Of a stretch of DNA of 64,000 bases, positions 21,116-32,218 are shown in pieces. The notes beneath the pieces are model-generated. The model made no database searches and was not told the origin of the DNA. It was given only the letters and a program-made list of their open reading frames with translations. Source of the DNA: Histomonas meleagridis 2922-C6/04-290x. Taxonomy: Eukaryota > Protista > Parabasalia. How positions within the stretch are numbered: position 1 is the stretch's first letter; every line of letters starts with the position of its first letter. The position numbers and the translations under genes were made by a program. The stretch is taken from the NCBI GenBank assembly GCA_020184695.1, contig JAANOX010000102.1, positions 6,008 through 70,007 on the forward strand, in the 5' to 3' direction.

Positions 21116-24100
21116 ATGGACTTGCTTCATCAGATCATAAAGACAAATCTCAAAGAATGGAAGAAACAAAGAAGCGAAATGATTGGGCAAATAACATCTG
21201 AGATTCTAGGTTTTACAGAACAACAAATTTCTTCCTTTTATACAATTCTCGAATCTGATATCAAAGCAAAAATAGATAGTGATAAGCTAGAAGATTCTTT
21301 GTTCTGTCTTAACAGGATATCAATTCTTTTTTACTTTCAAAGAAACTCAGATGTCATTACAATGTATATTCCAAAATTAATAGAAAAGATACAAGAAAAC
21401 AAAAACGTTTTAACAAATGCAATCATGAAGGTTTTTGAGTGGATGTCAGAAGATTCATCCTCTTTTTATTTTATATATAAAGAACTATTTAAAATTGCAA
21501 AAGATTGGTTAAAACAAGATGTTAAATCCCAACACGGCTCCCTTTTGATTTTGAAACATATGAGGAAGATTGTTCCGAAGGAAGCCACTAACGTGATATC
21601 ATCATTTTTAAAACAAATTCTTCAATTTTCTATTTCAGGTGACCAAAAATCCAAAAAGGTTGCGCTTAAGTTGCTGCAATTTTTCATAAATTCACCTAAA
21701 CAAAAGCAAGTTCAACAAAAATTGTCTTTCTTAAAATCCACATGCATGGAACATTTTCATTCCAAAAACCCAAATGAAATTTATTGTGGTTTTTTCTTAA
21801 CCAAAGAGCTATTTGAGTGTAAAGGGTTTGAATTTACACCAACATTTGATGAAATTTGTGATGTAATCCAAGATAAGAATGAAGAAATCATTTCGATTGG
21901 CTTTGAAATTATTTTCATCATAGCTAATAATCCAGCCATTAAAATGAATTCTGATAAAGCTATTAAAATTCTTTTTGAACATGGAGATAAATCTCAAAAT
22001 TTATTGAAATTGTTGCCAAAAACGATAGAAAGTTTTGGCGAACGTTTAAACACAAATTTTTTAATTGAACAAATATCAAAATATTCACAAAATAATTATT
22101 GTGAATCGACAGAAATATGTCCATTTGAACTTTTATCACAAGTTTTATCACGATATAAAATCAATATAAAACCTGAAGATTTTCATTATCATTTTCCATG
22201 TTCACATTATATTAATTGTATTAAATATCAAAAAGTTTTTTTAACAGAAGCGATTAAAACATTTTATAAAACGATGAAATATGAAGATACGAACTATACA
22301 ATAAATTTATTAAAATTATATCAAATTTCACCAGAAATATTTACTGAAAAAAGTGATAAATTTTTAGATTCATTAAGTTATTTATTTTTTTCATCAACAA
22401 ATGAAATATTACGGAAAGAAATTTTAAATGTTTTTTCATTTATAAATTCACAAAAATCCACAGATTTATTATTTAGCATATCATTAACAGATCAAAACAA
22501 AAGTATTCGATTATATGCATTAAATTTATTAAAACCAACTCCATATTTATCTACGCATAAATCAGTAACATATTATTTAAATGATCCATCATTTAAAATA
22601 CGACGGAATGGAATGAAATTATTATCAAAACTAATTGATTATAATCCATTTGAAATCCGACCATTAATTATCGAACATTTACAAGTTTTATTTGAGTTAA
22701 TAACAATGTCAAAAGATGCAAAATATTCATCTAAATATGCATCATTATTAGCGAAAATAACTAAATATACACCTGAATGTATAGGGCAATGTAGTATTTC
22801 ATTAATATCAACTGTTCTTAGAATTATTAATATTACATTACCAGATAATCAACGGAAAACAATATTAAATAATGATGATCATGAAATACATAGAAGTCGA
22901 AATCCTTCTTCACATTCATTAGTTTCAATGAATAATGAAACTGTTTCTTCATCAAATCAATATGGGCTATTTGAAACATTACCAAATTCTTTGGTAACAT
23001 TAGAAGTTGACATGATAAACAAAGCAAATAATTATGAAAATGATAAACAACAAAAAGAAGATTTACTTGAACAATCAAAGTCAAAATATTCAATTGACTT
23101 AGTAAAAGTACCTTCATTATTATTAAATCAAAAACAATCTTCAAAAGAACCTAATAAAGCACGACTTTATTTAATATTTAATTCGAGATATATCGATAAA
23201 AGAGATGGTTATCTATTAAAAGCGTTAGCTAATATTGGATCAAGTTGTCAACCATTTTTAACAGAGATATTATTAGGTTTTACAAATATTTTTGAAACAA
23301 GGAAAAATGAAGAATTATTATTAACAGCAGTAAATAGTTTAACGAAATTATCAATATCTGCTTATAATGGTTTTAATATTAGTTTAAGATGTCCACAAAT
23401 TACTACTCCTTTAATAAATATATGTTCTACAACACGTAATGAAAAATTATTAATATCAATCATCCAATTATTTGGTAGTGCTTTTGATACAAATGATATT
23501 TTATCCAATCAAAGTTTATTTTCAAATGAACATAGTTTATTAGTATCAACAGATTCATCATATTTCACACGAGTTGTTTTACATCTTTTATTAAAACATA
23601 ATACAATTACTTCATTATCATTATTAAAAACAATATCAATGATTGTTGAAAATGATCCATATAATTCAAGTCAATATTTAAATAGAATAATTCCAATATT
23701 TATCGAATTAATTGAAAAATCTTCTTCAACTTATCGAGATGATGCATTTCATTACTTTGAAAATCTTGCAATTAATTCACAAAATGATTTTGTTCCATTT
23801 TTACCAAAAATCCAACCATTATTAATTAAATTTTTTGATTCGATTAGTTGCGTAGAGTTTTGTATCTGTTTAAGTTATTATTTTAAAGGTTCTTTTATTG
23901 TTAATTCAATTGATTTATATCCATTAGCTTTAAATAGTTTAAAATCACAAAATTATTTATATTTTAAAACTATATTAAAGTTTATAGTTTCTTTAATAAT
24001 TAATCAACATGAACCATTTGATATCTTTATGAGATATTTAGAATCAAATAACTTTTCAAAGAAAAATATGAAATATGTAATAAAAGCATTAACAGTAATT

Positions 24101-27100
24101 ATACAATGTTTTGATATCCAAATGCATTCAAATCGATTAGTAATATTTGGTTTAAAAGTATATAATCAATTTAAATTAGATTTAAATACATATTTCGCTT
24201 CATTAGTTGTATGTGCAGATACTTCATTTTTTAATTTTGAACAATTTTTAAAAGTTCATAATATAAAATATGAACATTTAAATGAATTAAAAGAATTAAA
24301 ATCAAATAATAAAATAGTCACAATTCAAGATGCTAAATTCATTAAAGATTTAACACCACATTTATGTATCCAAAGAATTTCACCTGAATATGAACCACCA
24401 ACATCATTTTTTAATGATATACAATATCCACAAAAGACACATATTGACTTATGGTTAAATAATTTGTTTGATTTAGTTGTAAAAAATTCGCCATTTTCAT
24501 CAATTAGACTTTGTTCTGAATATATATCAGCACGACCAAAAATTCGACATTCATTATTTCCTATAGCATTTTTATCATGTTGGAAAAATGCTTCACAATC
24601 AGATAGAGATCATTTCTCATCAATTGTTAATCATATATTATTTGAACATGAGAAAGTTAATAAGTTTTTTATAGATTTAATACAATTAACAGATCGTGCA
24701 TTATTACCATTAAATGTTGATTATATACGTGTAGCAGAATTGAGTGAATCATTACAATTTTCATTATATATATTACAAAGAATGTATATTCAAGATCCTA
24801 AAAATCGTAAAGTTATGGAGTTGTTAATGAACATTAGTATTAAAATGGATCGAATTCCAATAGTTCGAAGTTTATTTAATAAAGCAGAATCAGAAATGAA
24901 TAAATTAGAAATCGCTAAATGGAGTGGTGCTATTGGTGATTGGGAAAAAGCACTTGAAATTTATCAAGAAGAAAATGTGAATAACAAATATTTAACAGAA
25001 ATAATAAATTGTTTAGGTATGTTAAATAGATATGAAGATATCGATGACTTAAAATATGAATATGTTAAATTACCTCAAGAAAAAAGAAGTAAAATTGATG
25101 ATCATTTTTTATGGACATTTTCTTATATGAGAGAAAATGCTAAAGTCCAAAAAATTTTAAATAATTTAAATTATTATACAAATGAACGATTTTATTTTTC
25201 GATATATTATTCAATATTAATAGGCGAATATGAAAAAGCACAAAATTTAATTAATATGGCATTCCAATTTGTATCTAAGAATATAACAGATTTTAAAACT
25301 TGTGATCAAAGAGCAATTGAAGAATTACAAAACGTTTCACAAATTCTTGTTGAATGTCAAGAAGTATTAAATTATAAATTAGGGAAAACTCCATCAGATC
25401 AAATGTCATCATTTTTAAAACGACGCGTTAAATATTTCCAACGGAATAAAATGAATTGGGAAAAAATCATACGAATTCGTCAATTAGTTATTCCACCGTC
25501 AAAGAATATATCATTTTATTTACCAATTATTTCACAATTACGAAAATCGAAATATTTTTCATTAATTGATTTATATTTCCAAAAGTATATGAGTTATGGA
25601 GAAAACTCATTAATAATAATTGAACAAGTTAAACTAATGTGGGAAAAAGGTAATAAATCAACAACATTAGATGCGATATATAATATCATTAATTCATTTA
25701 ATATTGAAACACCTGAACAATTTGTAGAATTAAATGAAAAATATCATCAGCCATTTATATTCTTCTTGATTAATAAGTTAATTAAGACGCCAAGTTTTAC
25801 TGAAGAACTTCAAGATTATTGTTTATCTTATTATAATGTTGAATCAATATCAAATTTTATTTCCATTTTAGAAAGTTTATCACCGACTCAACAACATTCA
25901 TTTTTCTTAGTTATCATTCGACAATTTCCTAAACAAGTATTTTCATGTTTAAAATATCATATAAACTCTGGTTTTTATGATACTAATTTCTTCTCACAAT
26001 TATATGCACTTTATGCTAAATATATATTAATGGAAAAGATTAATGATTTTAATGCATCCAAAATAGCTGCGTATTATTTTAAAGAATCATTAAACTTAAA
26101 CTCTAATAATAAAAAGGCTTGGAGAAGTTGGTCATATGCAAGTTCATTATTATTTTCATATTCGAGAAAACAATTAAATGATCCAGACTCAAATACTTAT
26201 GCTTCAGATGCTTTAAATGGGTTTTTACGTTTGATGAACATTCAGCCTGAAAATGATTTAGAACATTTTTGTCAAATTCTTTCAGTAGCATTTAATACTA
26301 ATGAAAAAGTCCTTAAAAAATATAAAGAAAAAATCGTGACGTTACCAAAGGAATCAATTAAAAAGGTACTTCCTCAATTAACTATGAAAGTATCACATGA
26401 AAACTTGTACATTAGAAATATGATCGTACAAATGCTAACTGAAACAGGTAAAGAATATTTCCAACAAGTTTACTTCGCTCTTCATCCTTATTTATGTGAT
26501 GATGGTGAAAAATCGACTATGGCACGTGAAATTGCCATAACAATTAGAAAAGAACATCCACAAGTCGCTGAAGATGCGGATATTTTCATCGATGGAATGG
26601 TTAGTTGCGCTATAACGTGGTTCGAACAATGGATGCATTCACTCGAAATTGCAGCTTCTGAAAATAGGATCGGCAACATTCAAAATGTTGACTACATTCT
26701 CAATGAAAGATTCAATGATTTTGAAAACCCAAGGTGCGAACTCGATCAACTTTTTGTGAGGCTTTATCAGGATATTATTGATGAAGCTTCTTCTTTGTTT
26801 GAACAAGATGACCCAAAATCAACACAACTAATGTGGGATAAATTAAAGACTCTTTATGCTTCATTGAAAGAAAGAATGAATATGTTATCGGTGATATTCG
26901 TAGACAAGATTTCACCAAAATTGGTCAAAAAGAAAAACTTTAACTTGTCAGTCCCCGGTTATAATGGAATGCTTAGTTCTGTTAAACCAATTATGGATGT
27001 ACTTGAAACTCAACAACATCCAAGATGTGTATATTTCGAATCTAATGATGGCGTACAACATAAATTCTTATTGAAAGGTAATGAAGATTTAAGATCTGAT

Positions 27101-27988
27101 GAAAGGTTAATGCAATTTTTCGCTTTGATTAATGGAGTTCTCCCTAAAAAGATAACGAAAAAAAAGGAGGACGTTTACGTCGCACGTTACACTATCGTTC
27201 CGCTCACAAAAAACGTCGGTTTAATTGAATGGTTTACGGGAGCCGACACTTTTCATCAACTTGTTGCAGAAAACAGAGAAAGACATGGAATAGAGAAAAA
27301 CATTGAATCAATTCGAATTGCACAGATGGTCGCACCTGATTTTTCTCAGGAAACGATGTTACAAAAAATAGAATTGTTCAATGTAATTTCAAATGAATTT
27401 AAAGCAATGGAATTATTCGAATCAATGTGGCTAAAAGCTTTAAACCCATCAATATGGATGGTGCGTGCCCAAAGATTTACTGTATCTTATGCTTTAATGG
27501 CAATGGTCGGATACATTATTGGTTTAGGAGATCGTCATCCTTCAAACATAATGATACAAAGGGATACTGGGAAAGTTGTTCATATTGATTTTGGTGATTC
27601 TTTTGATGCAGCCACACTTCGATCAGTATTTCCGGAAAAAGTTCCATTTCGTCTGACTCGAATGGTTGTAAATGCACTTGAAGGGTCTTCATCGTCGGGT
27701 CTTTTTAAGGAAATGTGTATCAAAGTCATGCAAGTGATTCGGAGTAACAATGGATTATTATTAAATCATCTCGGAATTTTTGTTGAAGAATCACAGGACG
27801 ACTTTGGAAAGGACAGCACAAATAAAAGGGATCCGTACTTGCTTGAAAGGTGCGAGAAGAAATTGTTTGGAAGGGAATTTTACTCTGAAGAAGTTAGCGT
27901 CGAATACCAAGTGGAAATGCTCATTGGAATTGCAGAGAACCCAGAAAATTACATGCAGCATTATCCTGGATGGTGTCCATTTTGGTGA
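21116..27988 (+). CDS. TOR: TOR-like PIKK kinase (HEAT-FAT-FRB-kinase-FATC)
   Basis: 2290 aa. FRB-like AITWFEQWMHSLEIAA..MWDKL; kinase motifs FLLKGNEDLRSDERLMQ and GLGDRHPSNIMI..HIDFGD..EKVPFRLTRM; FATC end YPGWCPFW. Confidence 0.93.
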   Translation: MDLLHQIIKTNLKEWKKQRSEMIGQITSEILGFTEQQISSFYTILESDIKAKIDSDKLEDSLFCLNRISILFYFQRNSDVITMYIPKLIEKIQENKNVLTNAIMKVFEWMSEDSSSFYFIYKELFKIAKDWLKQDVKSQHGSLLILKHMRKIVPKEATNVISSFLKQILQFSISGDQKSKKVALKLLQFFINSPKQKQVQQKLSFLKSTCMEHFHSKNPNEIYCGFFLTKELFECKGFEFTPTFDEICDVIQDKNEEIISIGFEIIFIIANNPAIKMNSDKAIKILFEHGDKSQNLLKLLPKTIESFGERLNTNFLIEQISKYSQNNYCESTEICPFELLSQVLSRYKINIKPEDFHYHFPCSHYINCIKYQKVFLTEAIKTFYKTMKYEDTNYTINLLKLYQISPEIFTEKSDKFLDSLSYLFFSSTNEILRKEILNVFSFINSQKSTDLLFSISLTDQNKSIRLYALNLLKPTPYLSTHKSVTYYLNDPSFKIRRNGMKLLSKLIDYNPFEIRPLIIEHLQVLFELITMSKDAKYSSKYASLLAKITKYTPECIGQCSISLISTVLRIINITLPDNQRKTILNNDDHEIHRSRNPSSHSLVSMNNETVSSSNQYGLFETLPNSLVTLEVDMINKANNYENDKQQKEDLLEQSKSKYSIDLVKVPSLLLNQKQSSKEPNKARLYLIFNSRYIDKRDGYLLKALANIGSSCQPFLTEILLGFTNIFETRKNEELLLTAVNSLTKLSISAYNGFNISLRCPQITTPLINICSTTRNEKLLISIIQLFGSAFDTNDILSNQSLFSNEHSLLVSTDSSYFTRVVLHLLLKHNTITSLSLLKTISMIVENDPYNSSQYLNRIIPIFIELIEKSSSTYRDDAFHYFENLAINSQNDFVPFLPKIQPLLIKFFDSISCVEFCICLSYYFKGSFIVNSIDLYPLALNSLKSQNYLYFKTILKFIVSLIINQHEPFDIFMRYLESNNFSKKNMKYVIKALTVIIQCFDIQMHSNRLVIFGLKVYNQFKLDLNTYFASLVVCADTSFFNFEQFLKVHNIKYEHLNELKELKSNNKIVTIQDAKFIKDLTPHLCIQRISPEYEPPTSFFNDIQYPQKTHIDLWLNNLFDLVVKNSPFSSIRLCSEYISARPKIRHSLFPIAFLSCWKNASQSDRDHFSSIVNHILFEHEKVNKFFIDLIQLTDRALLPLNVDYIRVAELSESLQFSLYILQRMYIQDPKNRKVMELLMNISIKMDRIPIVRSLFNKAESEMNKLEIAKWSGAIGDWEKALEIYQEENVNNKYLTEIINCLGMLNRYEDIDDLKYEYVKLPQEKRSKIDDHFLWTFSYMRENAKVQKILNNLNYYTNERFYFSIYYSILIGEYEKAQNLINMAFQFVSKNITDFKTCDQRAIEELQNVSQILVECQEVLNYKLGKTPSDQMSSFLKRRVKYFQRNKMNWEKIIRIRQLVIPPSKNISFYLPIISQLRKSKYFSLIDLYFQKYMSYGENSLIIIEQVKLMWEKGNKSTTLDAIYNIINSFNIETPEQFVELNEKYHQPFIFFLINKLIKTPSFTEELQDYCLSYYNVESISNFISILESLSPTQQHSFFLVIIRQFPKQVFSCLKYHINSGFYDTNFFSQLYALYAKYILMEKINDFNASKIAAYYFKESLNLNSNNKKAWRSWSYASSLLFSYSRKQLNDPDSNTYASDALNGFLRLMNIQPENDLEHFCQILSVAFNTNEKVLKKYKEKIVTLPKESIKKVLPQLTMKVSHENLYIRNMIVQMLTETGKEYFQQVYFALHPYLCDDGEKSTMAREIAITIRKEHPQVAEDADIFIDGMVSCAITWFEQWMHSLEIAASENRIGNIQNVDYILNERFNDFENPRCELDQLFVRLYQDIIDEASSLFEQDDPKSTQLMWDKLKTLYASLKERMNMLSVIFVDKISPKLVKKKNFNLSVPGYNGMLSSVKPIMDVLETQQHPRCVYFESNDGVQHKFLLKGNEDLRSDERLMQFFALINGVLPKKITKKKEDVYVARYTIVPLTKNVGLIEWFTGADTFHQLVAENRERHGIEKNIESIRIAQMVAPDFSQETMLQKIELFNVISNEFKAMELFESMWLKALNPSIWMVRAQRFTVSYALMAMVGYIIGLGDRHPSNIMIQRDTGKVVHIDFGDSFDAATLRSVFPEKVPFRLTRMVVNALEGSSSSGLFKEMCIKVMQVIRSNNGLLLNHLGIFVEESQDDFGKDSTNKRDPYLLERCEKKLFGREFYSEEVSVEYQVEMLIGIAENPENYMQHYPGWCPFW

Positions 27989-28312
27989 GAATACATATTG
28001 TTAAATATTTTCATGGAATTTTTTTGTGAATCTTTTAATTTTAATAAAAATGTAAGATCTATCTATCTAACAACCAGTTATCTAATTTAATTATAATTAA
28101 AAAAAAATTAAAATGAGTTCTCTTTTTGAAAAATTGGTACCAATTCAAAAAAAAGTAAAAGTTGCCGTTGGACTTAATATTTGTGCAAGCAATGAGACAT
28201 AATTATCTTCGTAGTTAAAATTTATTTAGTAATTGATGGTTGTTGACTGTTTTATTTTGGCTCAATTTTATTTGTCAATTTTGATTTTATACAATTTTGG
28301 TTTGGCGGTCTA

Positions 28313-28320
28313 AACGGTTT
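28313..28320 (+). promoter_or_regulatory. M3-like core promoter element of the Rab gene
   Basis: aacggttt upstream of Inr-like gcatt/gcactt sequences and the ATG at 28351. Confidence 0.5.
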
Positions 28321-28350
28321 ATGTGAAAATGCATTCGCACTTTTAAGCAA

Positions 28351-28953
28351 ATGACCAAACAGCCGCAACATAAAATCGTATTCATTGGAAATTCTGCTGT
28401 AGGAAAAACATCAATTATTAACCAATACACATTCGGCTCATCAAGTGAGGATCATCAGCCAACAGTCGGAATTGACTTTTTTGCAAAACAAATTAATGTT
28501 GATGGCAAACAAATTCGTCTTCAAATTTGGGACACAGCTGGACAAGAAAAATTCAAATCTTTGATTCCTTCATATGTACGTACTTCTACTGTTGCTGTTT
28601 ATGTTTTTGATATCACATCACGCGAATCTTTCGAAGAACTTGAAAAATGGCACAAAATGGTCATTGAGCTTGCAAATCCATCTGTTATTGTTGTAGGCAA
28701 TAAAACTGATCTTGCTGAAAGTCGTACAGTATCAACTGAAGAAGCGAAGAAATATGCGGAATCATTAGGTGCGCAATACATAGAAACAAGTGCTCGCACT
28801 CCTTCAAACATACAAGAACTATTTCTTCTTGCAGCACGCCAAAAGATTCCAGAAGCCGAACCAAGTCCCACTGGCGAAGGTCCAAACCAACCACAAACAG
28901 TTGAGATTAAAAAGGATCAACAAAGCGCTCCTTCAGGTGGATGTGGTTGTTAA
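28351..28953 (+). CDS. Rab GTPase, Rab6-like
   Basis: GNSAVGKT, PTVGIDF, RLQIWDTAGQEKFKSLIPSYVR, GNKTD, ETSA and a C-terminal CxC (GCGC) prenylation motif. Confidence 0.92.
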   Translation: MTKQPQHKIVFIGNSAVGKTSIINQYTFGSSSEDHQPTVGIDFFAKQINVDGKQIRLQIWDTAGQEKFKSLIPSYVRTSTVAVYVFDITSRESFEELEKWHKMVIELANPSVIVVGNKTDLAESRTVSTEEAKKYAESLGAQYIETSARTPSNIQELFLLAARQKIPEAEPSPTGEGPNQPQTVEIKKDQQSAPSGGCGC

Positions 28954-29121
28954 ATTCATTCTTCTCTCAAACAAAATTGAATAAAATAAGCAATAAGAAG
29001 TGTTTTCAGATCACATCCACATAAGATAATTCAAGTAAATCTTGCAGAAAGTTCAATAATTTTCAATCTTTTTTTATTTATTTATATATAAGTATTGGAT
29101 ATATTTATTATTATCGAATTC

Positions 29122-29193
29122 TCTCCCGTAGTGTAATGGTTAGCACATGGGACTTTGAATCCCGGGACGGAGGTTCGATTCCTCCCGGGAGAA
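29122..29193 (+). tRNA. tRNA-Gln(TTG)
   Basis: 72-nt cloverleaf: acceptor tctcccg/cgggaga, anticodon arm tggga-ctTTGaa-tcccg, T-loop ttcgatt; followed by T-rich Pol III terminator tracts. Confidence 0.95.
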
Positions 29194-29235
29194 TTCGTTT
29201 TTTATTTTTTTTCAAAATTTGTTTTTTAGCTTTAT

Positions 29236-31968
29236 TCACATTTTATTTAATAGAATTGTTGCTATAGCATTTTCGATCGATTGTTTTGGACCAATCTTCA
29301 ACATTTTTCTAACTTTTGCTTCCATATTCATCAAAGAAGACATTTTAGATTTTATATTACATATAAAATATTCGAAATTATCTTCATTTAATTCTTCATT
29401 AACATCAAAAAGAGAACAAAAATGAAAAGCAATATAAGCGAAAGTAGTTCTCTTTAAGTCATTTAGTTTTGTTTTATATTCAACGAGTTTATTTTGATAA
29501 TTATGTTGTATATTTATAAGTTGTGTGTTATGTTTCATTTCTATTAACTGTTTTTCTCTTTCTATTTCTTTCTTAATATTATTTAATTTCATTTCCATTG
29601 TCTTTAACTTCATTAACAAATCCGTATTTTGTGTTTGGAATTCATTTTTTTCATTTTGAAGCTTTTTATTAATATTATTTAAAGAATCGATTTCATTTTG
29701 AAGATCGAAAATTTGATTTTTCATTTGTTCAATTTCTGTTAAAAATTTTTGTTGAAAAGTTTCACATTCAAATGAATGTTTTTGCTTATTTTCATTAATA
29801 ATTTTATTATTTTTGTTTTGTAATTCTTCTTTAGCGTTTCTTAAAATTTTATTTTGTTGTTTTATCATTTGAATAGTATTTTCTAATTTAACATTTTGTT
29901 GTGAAATTAATTCACTTTTCCCTACGATTTCGTAATATTTTATTTGTTGATCTTTTATTTGTTGATTTAATTGTGATATTTTATTAATGAAATTTGTTTC
30001 TTTTGTATTAAAAAGTATTTCATTTTCTTTAATTTGCTTTTCTATTGAACATTTTTCTTCATTTTGTTTTTGGATTTGATCATTAAGTTCAGAAATTTGT
30101 TGTTCTAAAAAAGAAATTTTTTCTTTTTGTTTATTCATTAAATTATTTGTTTGATTAATTATTTTTTTCTTATTTTTCATTTCTTTATTAAGATCAAATA
30201 TATTATTTTGAAATTGCTTAATTGCTTCTTCTGCACTTTGTAAATTATCTGCTTTTAATAATATTAATATATTAAAAATTTTATTTTCGAATTCTGTAAT
30301 TTTTTCTTTTGATTTTTTAATTTTCATTTTTAATTTTTGTATTAATAATTTTAACTTATTCATACATTCTTTATCATTTAAACTCGAAATTTCGGGAAAT
30401 ATTTCTTTAAATAATTGGTTAATATTATCAATATTCTCTTGTAGAATATCATTTTTTTCTTTATATGTTTTTAGTTCTTTATTAATTCTTTCATTCTTGG
30501 ATTGAAAGTAATTCGAAATAATCAGAAAAATATGACGAAGTTTCGTTGGCGCTTGTAATGAATTATTGTTTTGAATTTGTGTTATCATTTTGGTTAATTC
30601 GTCAGGAAATTCATTGATTGATGAAGTCGCAAGTGATATTAATTCGATCGAATCATTATTTTGTTGAATCTTTGGTTTGTTCATTTTTGTTGTTATTTGT
30701 TTTGGCTTTTGCTTGATTGTATCATTCATAAGTTGACTTTGTTCGTTGTATAATTTCGTAAGATTTTCAATTTGTGATTTTAATGTTTGAATATTTTCAT
30801 TTAATAATTCGTTTTCTACAATTTTATCATCAATAATATTGGAATAATTTTGGGATTCAGTAATTTTGTTGTTTAATTGGATTTTAATTTTATTATTTTC
30901 TTCTTGTAATTCGCTGATTGTTTTTTGTTGTGTTTTTATTTGTATTTGATCTTTTTCGATAACTTCTGTTAGTTCTTTGATTTTTTCTTCATATTGATGT
31001 TTTTTAAATTGAAATGTTTTGTTTTCTTCTTTAAGTTGTTCTATTTTTGTTATCTTTTCTTCTTTTATTTGTTCAAAATTATGAATTTTATTTAATAAAA
31101 TTTGGATTTGTTTCTTTCCACTTTCTTTTGCTTCTTCAGAATCTTTTAGTTGCTCTAACAAAAGTTTTATTTTTGCATTAAGTTCATTTATTTCAGAAGT
31201 GGATTTACTTTGTTCTTCAGCAGATTTCGTTTGAATTTGAACAACTAATGAAGAATTCTCGTTTAGCAATTTCTCATTTAAATCTTTTAGATCTTTGTTT
31301 TCTGACTTTAAGAGTTTGTATTTATTTTTAATTGTCTCTATTTCAAAATTTATTTCTTTGATAGAATTCTCATATGATTTTTTTATTTGTAAAATCTGCA
31401 AATCATGTTCAGATTTGAGAACTTTGATTAATTTGTTTTTTCTTTTCTTTTTGTGTGGCTTTGAATTTATTTCTTTGTTTTCAGAATTGGAATTTTTGGG
31501 TGTTTTTAATATTTGAATTAATAATTCTGGTTCACGAATTTCTTGATCAAAGTAATTGTTAGCTGATGCAAGAATTGATGATAGAACATTTTCTTGATTT
31601 TGAAACTTTTTATTTGTTTCCTCAATTTGATTTTTTAGATTCAAAATTTGATTGTTTAAGTCAGACATTATTTTTTCATTAGCTTCTTTTTCTGTTTTAT
31701 AGTTATTTTCAATTCGAGAAGCATCAAATTTATTTTTTTGCTCTTCTTCCAACTGATTTTTTAGTTCATAAACAGACTGAATAGTAATATTTAATCTACA
31801 AATAAGATCTTCTTTTTCCCCTTCTAGAGTTCGAACTGCATTTCTTAATTCTGCATTCTGATTGTATACCTCCCTTATATAATCTGGTACTCCATTTCGA
31901 ATTTTTGGAAAATCACATAAGTTTGATTCTAGGCTTGAGGCACTGCGTTTTTGTGTGGTTTCATCCAT
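29236..31968 (-). CDS. Long coiled-coil protein (~910 aa)
   Basis: K/E/Q/N-rich heptad sequence typical of the expanded trichomonad coiled-coil families. The first ATG is at 31968 (the track start at 32001 is TTG). Confidence 0.85.
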   Translation of the reverse strand: MDETTQKRSASSLESNLCDFPKIRNGVPDYIREVYNQNAELRNAVRTLEGEKEDLICRLNITIQSVYELKNQLEEEQKNKFDASRIENNYKTEKEANEKIMSDLNNQILNLKNQIEETNKKFQNQENVLSSILASANNYFDQEIREPELLIQILKTPKNSNSENKEINSKPHKKKRKNKLIKVLKSEHDLQILQIKKSYENSIKEINFEIETIKNKYKLLKSENKDLKDLNEKLLNENSSLVVQIQTKSAEEQSKSTSEINELNAKIKLLLEQLKDSEEAKESGKKQIQILLNKIHNFEQIKEEKITKIEQLKEENKTFQFKKHQYEEKIKELTEVIEKDQIQIKTQQKTISELQEENNKIKIQLNNKITESQNYSNIIDDKIVENELLNENIQTLKSQIENLTKLYNEQSQLMNDTIKQKPKQITTKMNKPKIQQNNDSIELISLATSSINEFPDELTKMITQIQNNNSLQAPTKLRHIFLIISNYFQSKNERINKELKTYKEKNDILQENIDNINQLFKEIFPEISSLNDKECMNKLKLLIQKLKMKIKKSKEKITEFENKIFNILILLKADNLQSAEEAIKQFQNNIFDLNKEMKNKKKIINQTNNLMNKQKEKISFLEQQISELNDQIQKQNEEKCSIEKQIKENEILFNTKETNFINKISQLNQQIKDQQIKYYEIVGKSELISQQNVKLENTIQMIKQQNKILRNAKEELQNKNNKIINENKQKHSFECETFQQKFLTEIEQMKNQIFDLQNEIDSLNNINKKLQNEKNEFQTQNTDLLMKLKTMEMKLNNIKKEIEREKQLIEMKHNTQLINIQHNYQNKLVEYKTKLNDLKRTTFAYIAFHFCSLFDVNEELNEDNFEYFICNIKSKMSSLMNMEAKVRKMLKIGPKQSIENAIATILLNKM

Positions 31969-32218
31969 TTTCTTTCTGTACGTTAAAGCATAATAGAACA
32001 AGAAAAAGCTATCTCATGAATTAAAAAATTCGATAACAAAGCCTAACAAACCTTAACCTACGTGGTCAATATCCAGCAATTCACATATGCGAAATAAGAC
32101 TCTAGAAATTTTCTCATTTCATCAAATTTGAAACATTTAAATTTTTATCACACATTTTCTTAAAAACAACATAAACGTAAGTATTACATATAATTTATTC
32201 CATAATAAGTGAAACTTA

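Noticed and set aside
28052-28077. 26-nt GTAAG..TCTAACAACCAG stretch resembling a short trichomonad intron
   Set aside because: It lies ~60 nt past the TOR stop, beyond a likely TAAA polyadenylation signal, and its 3' end deviates from the consensus. Only transcript data could rescue it.
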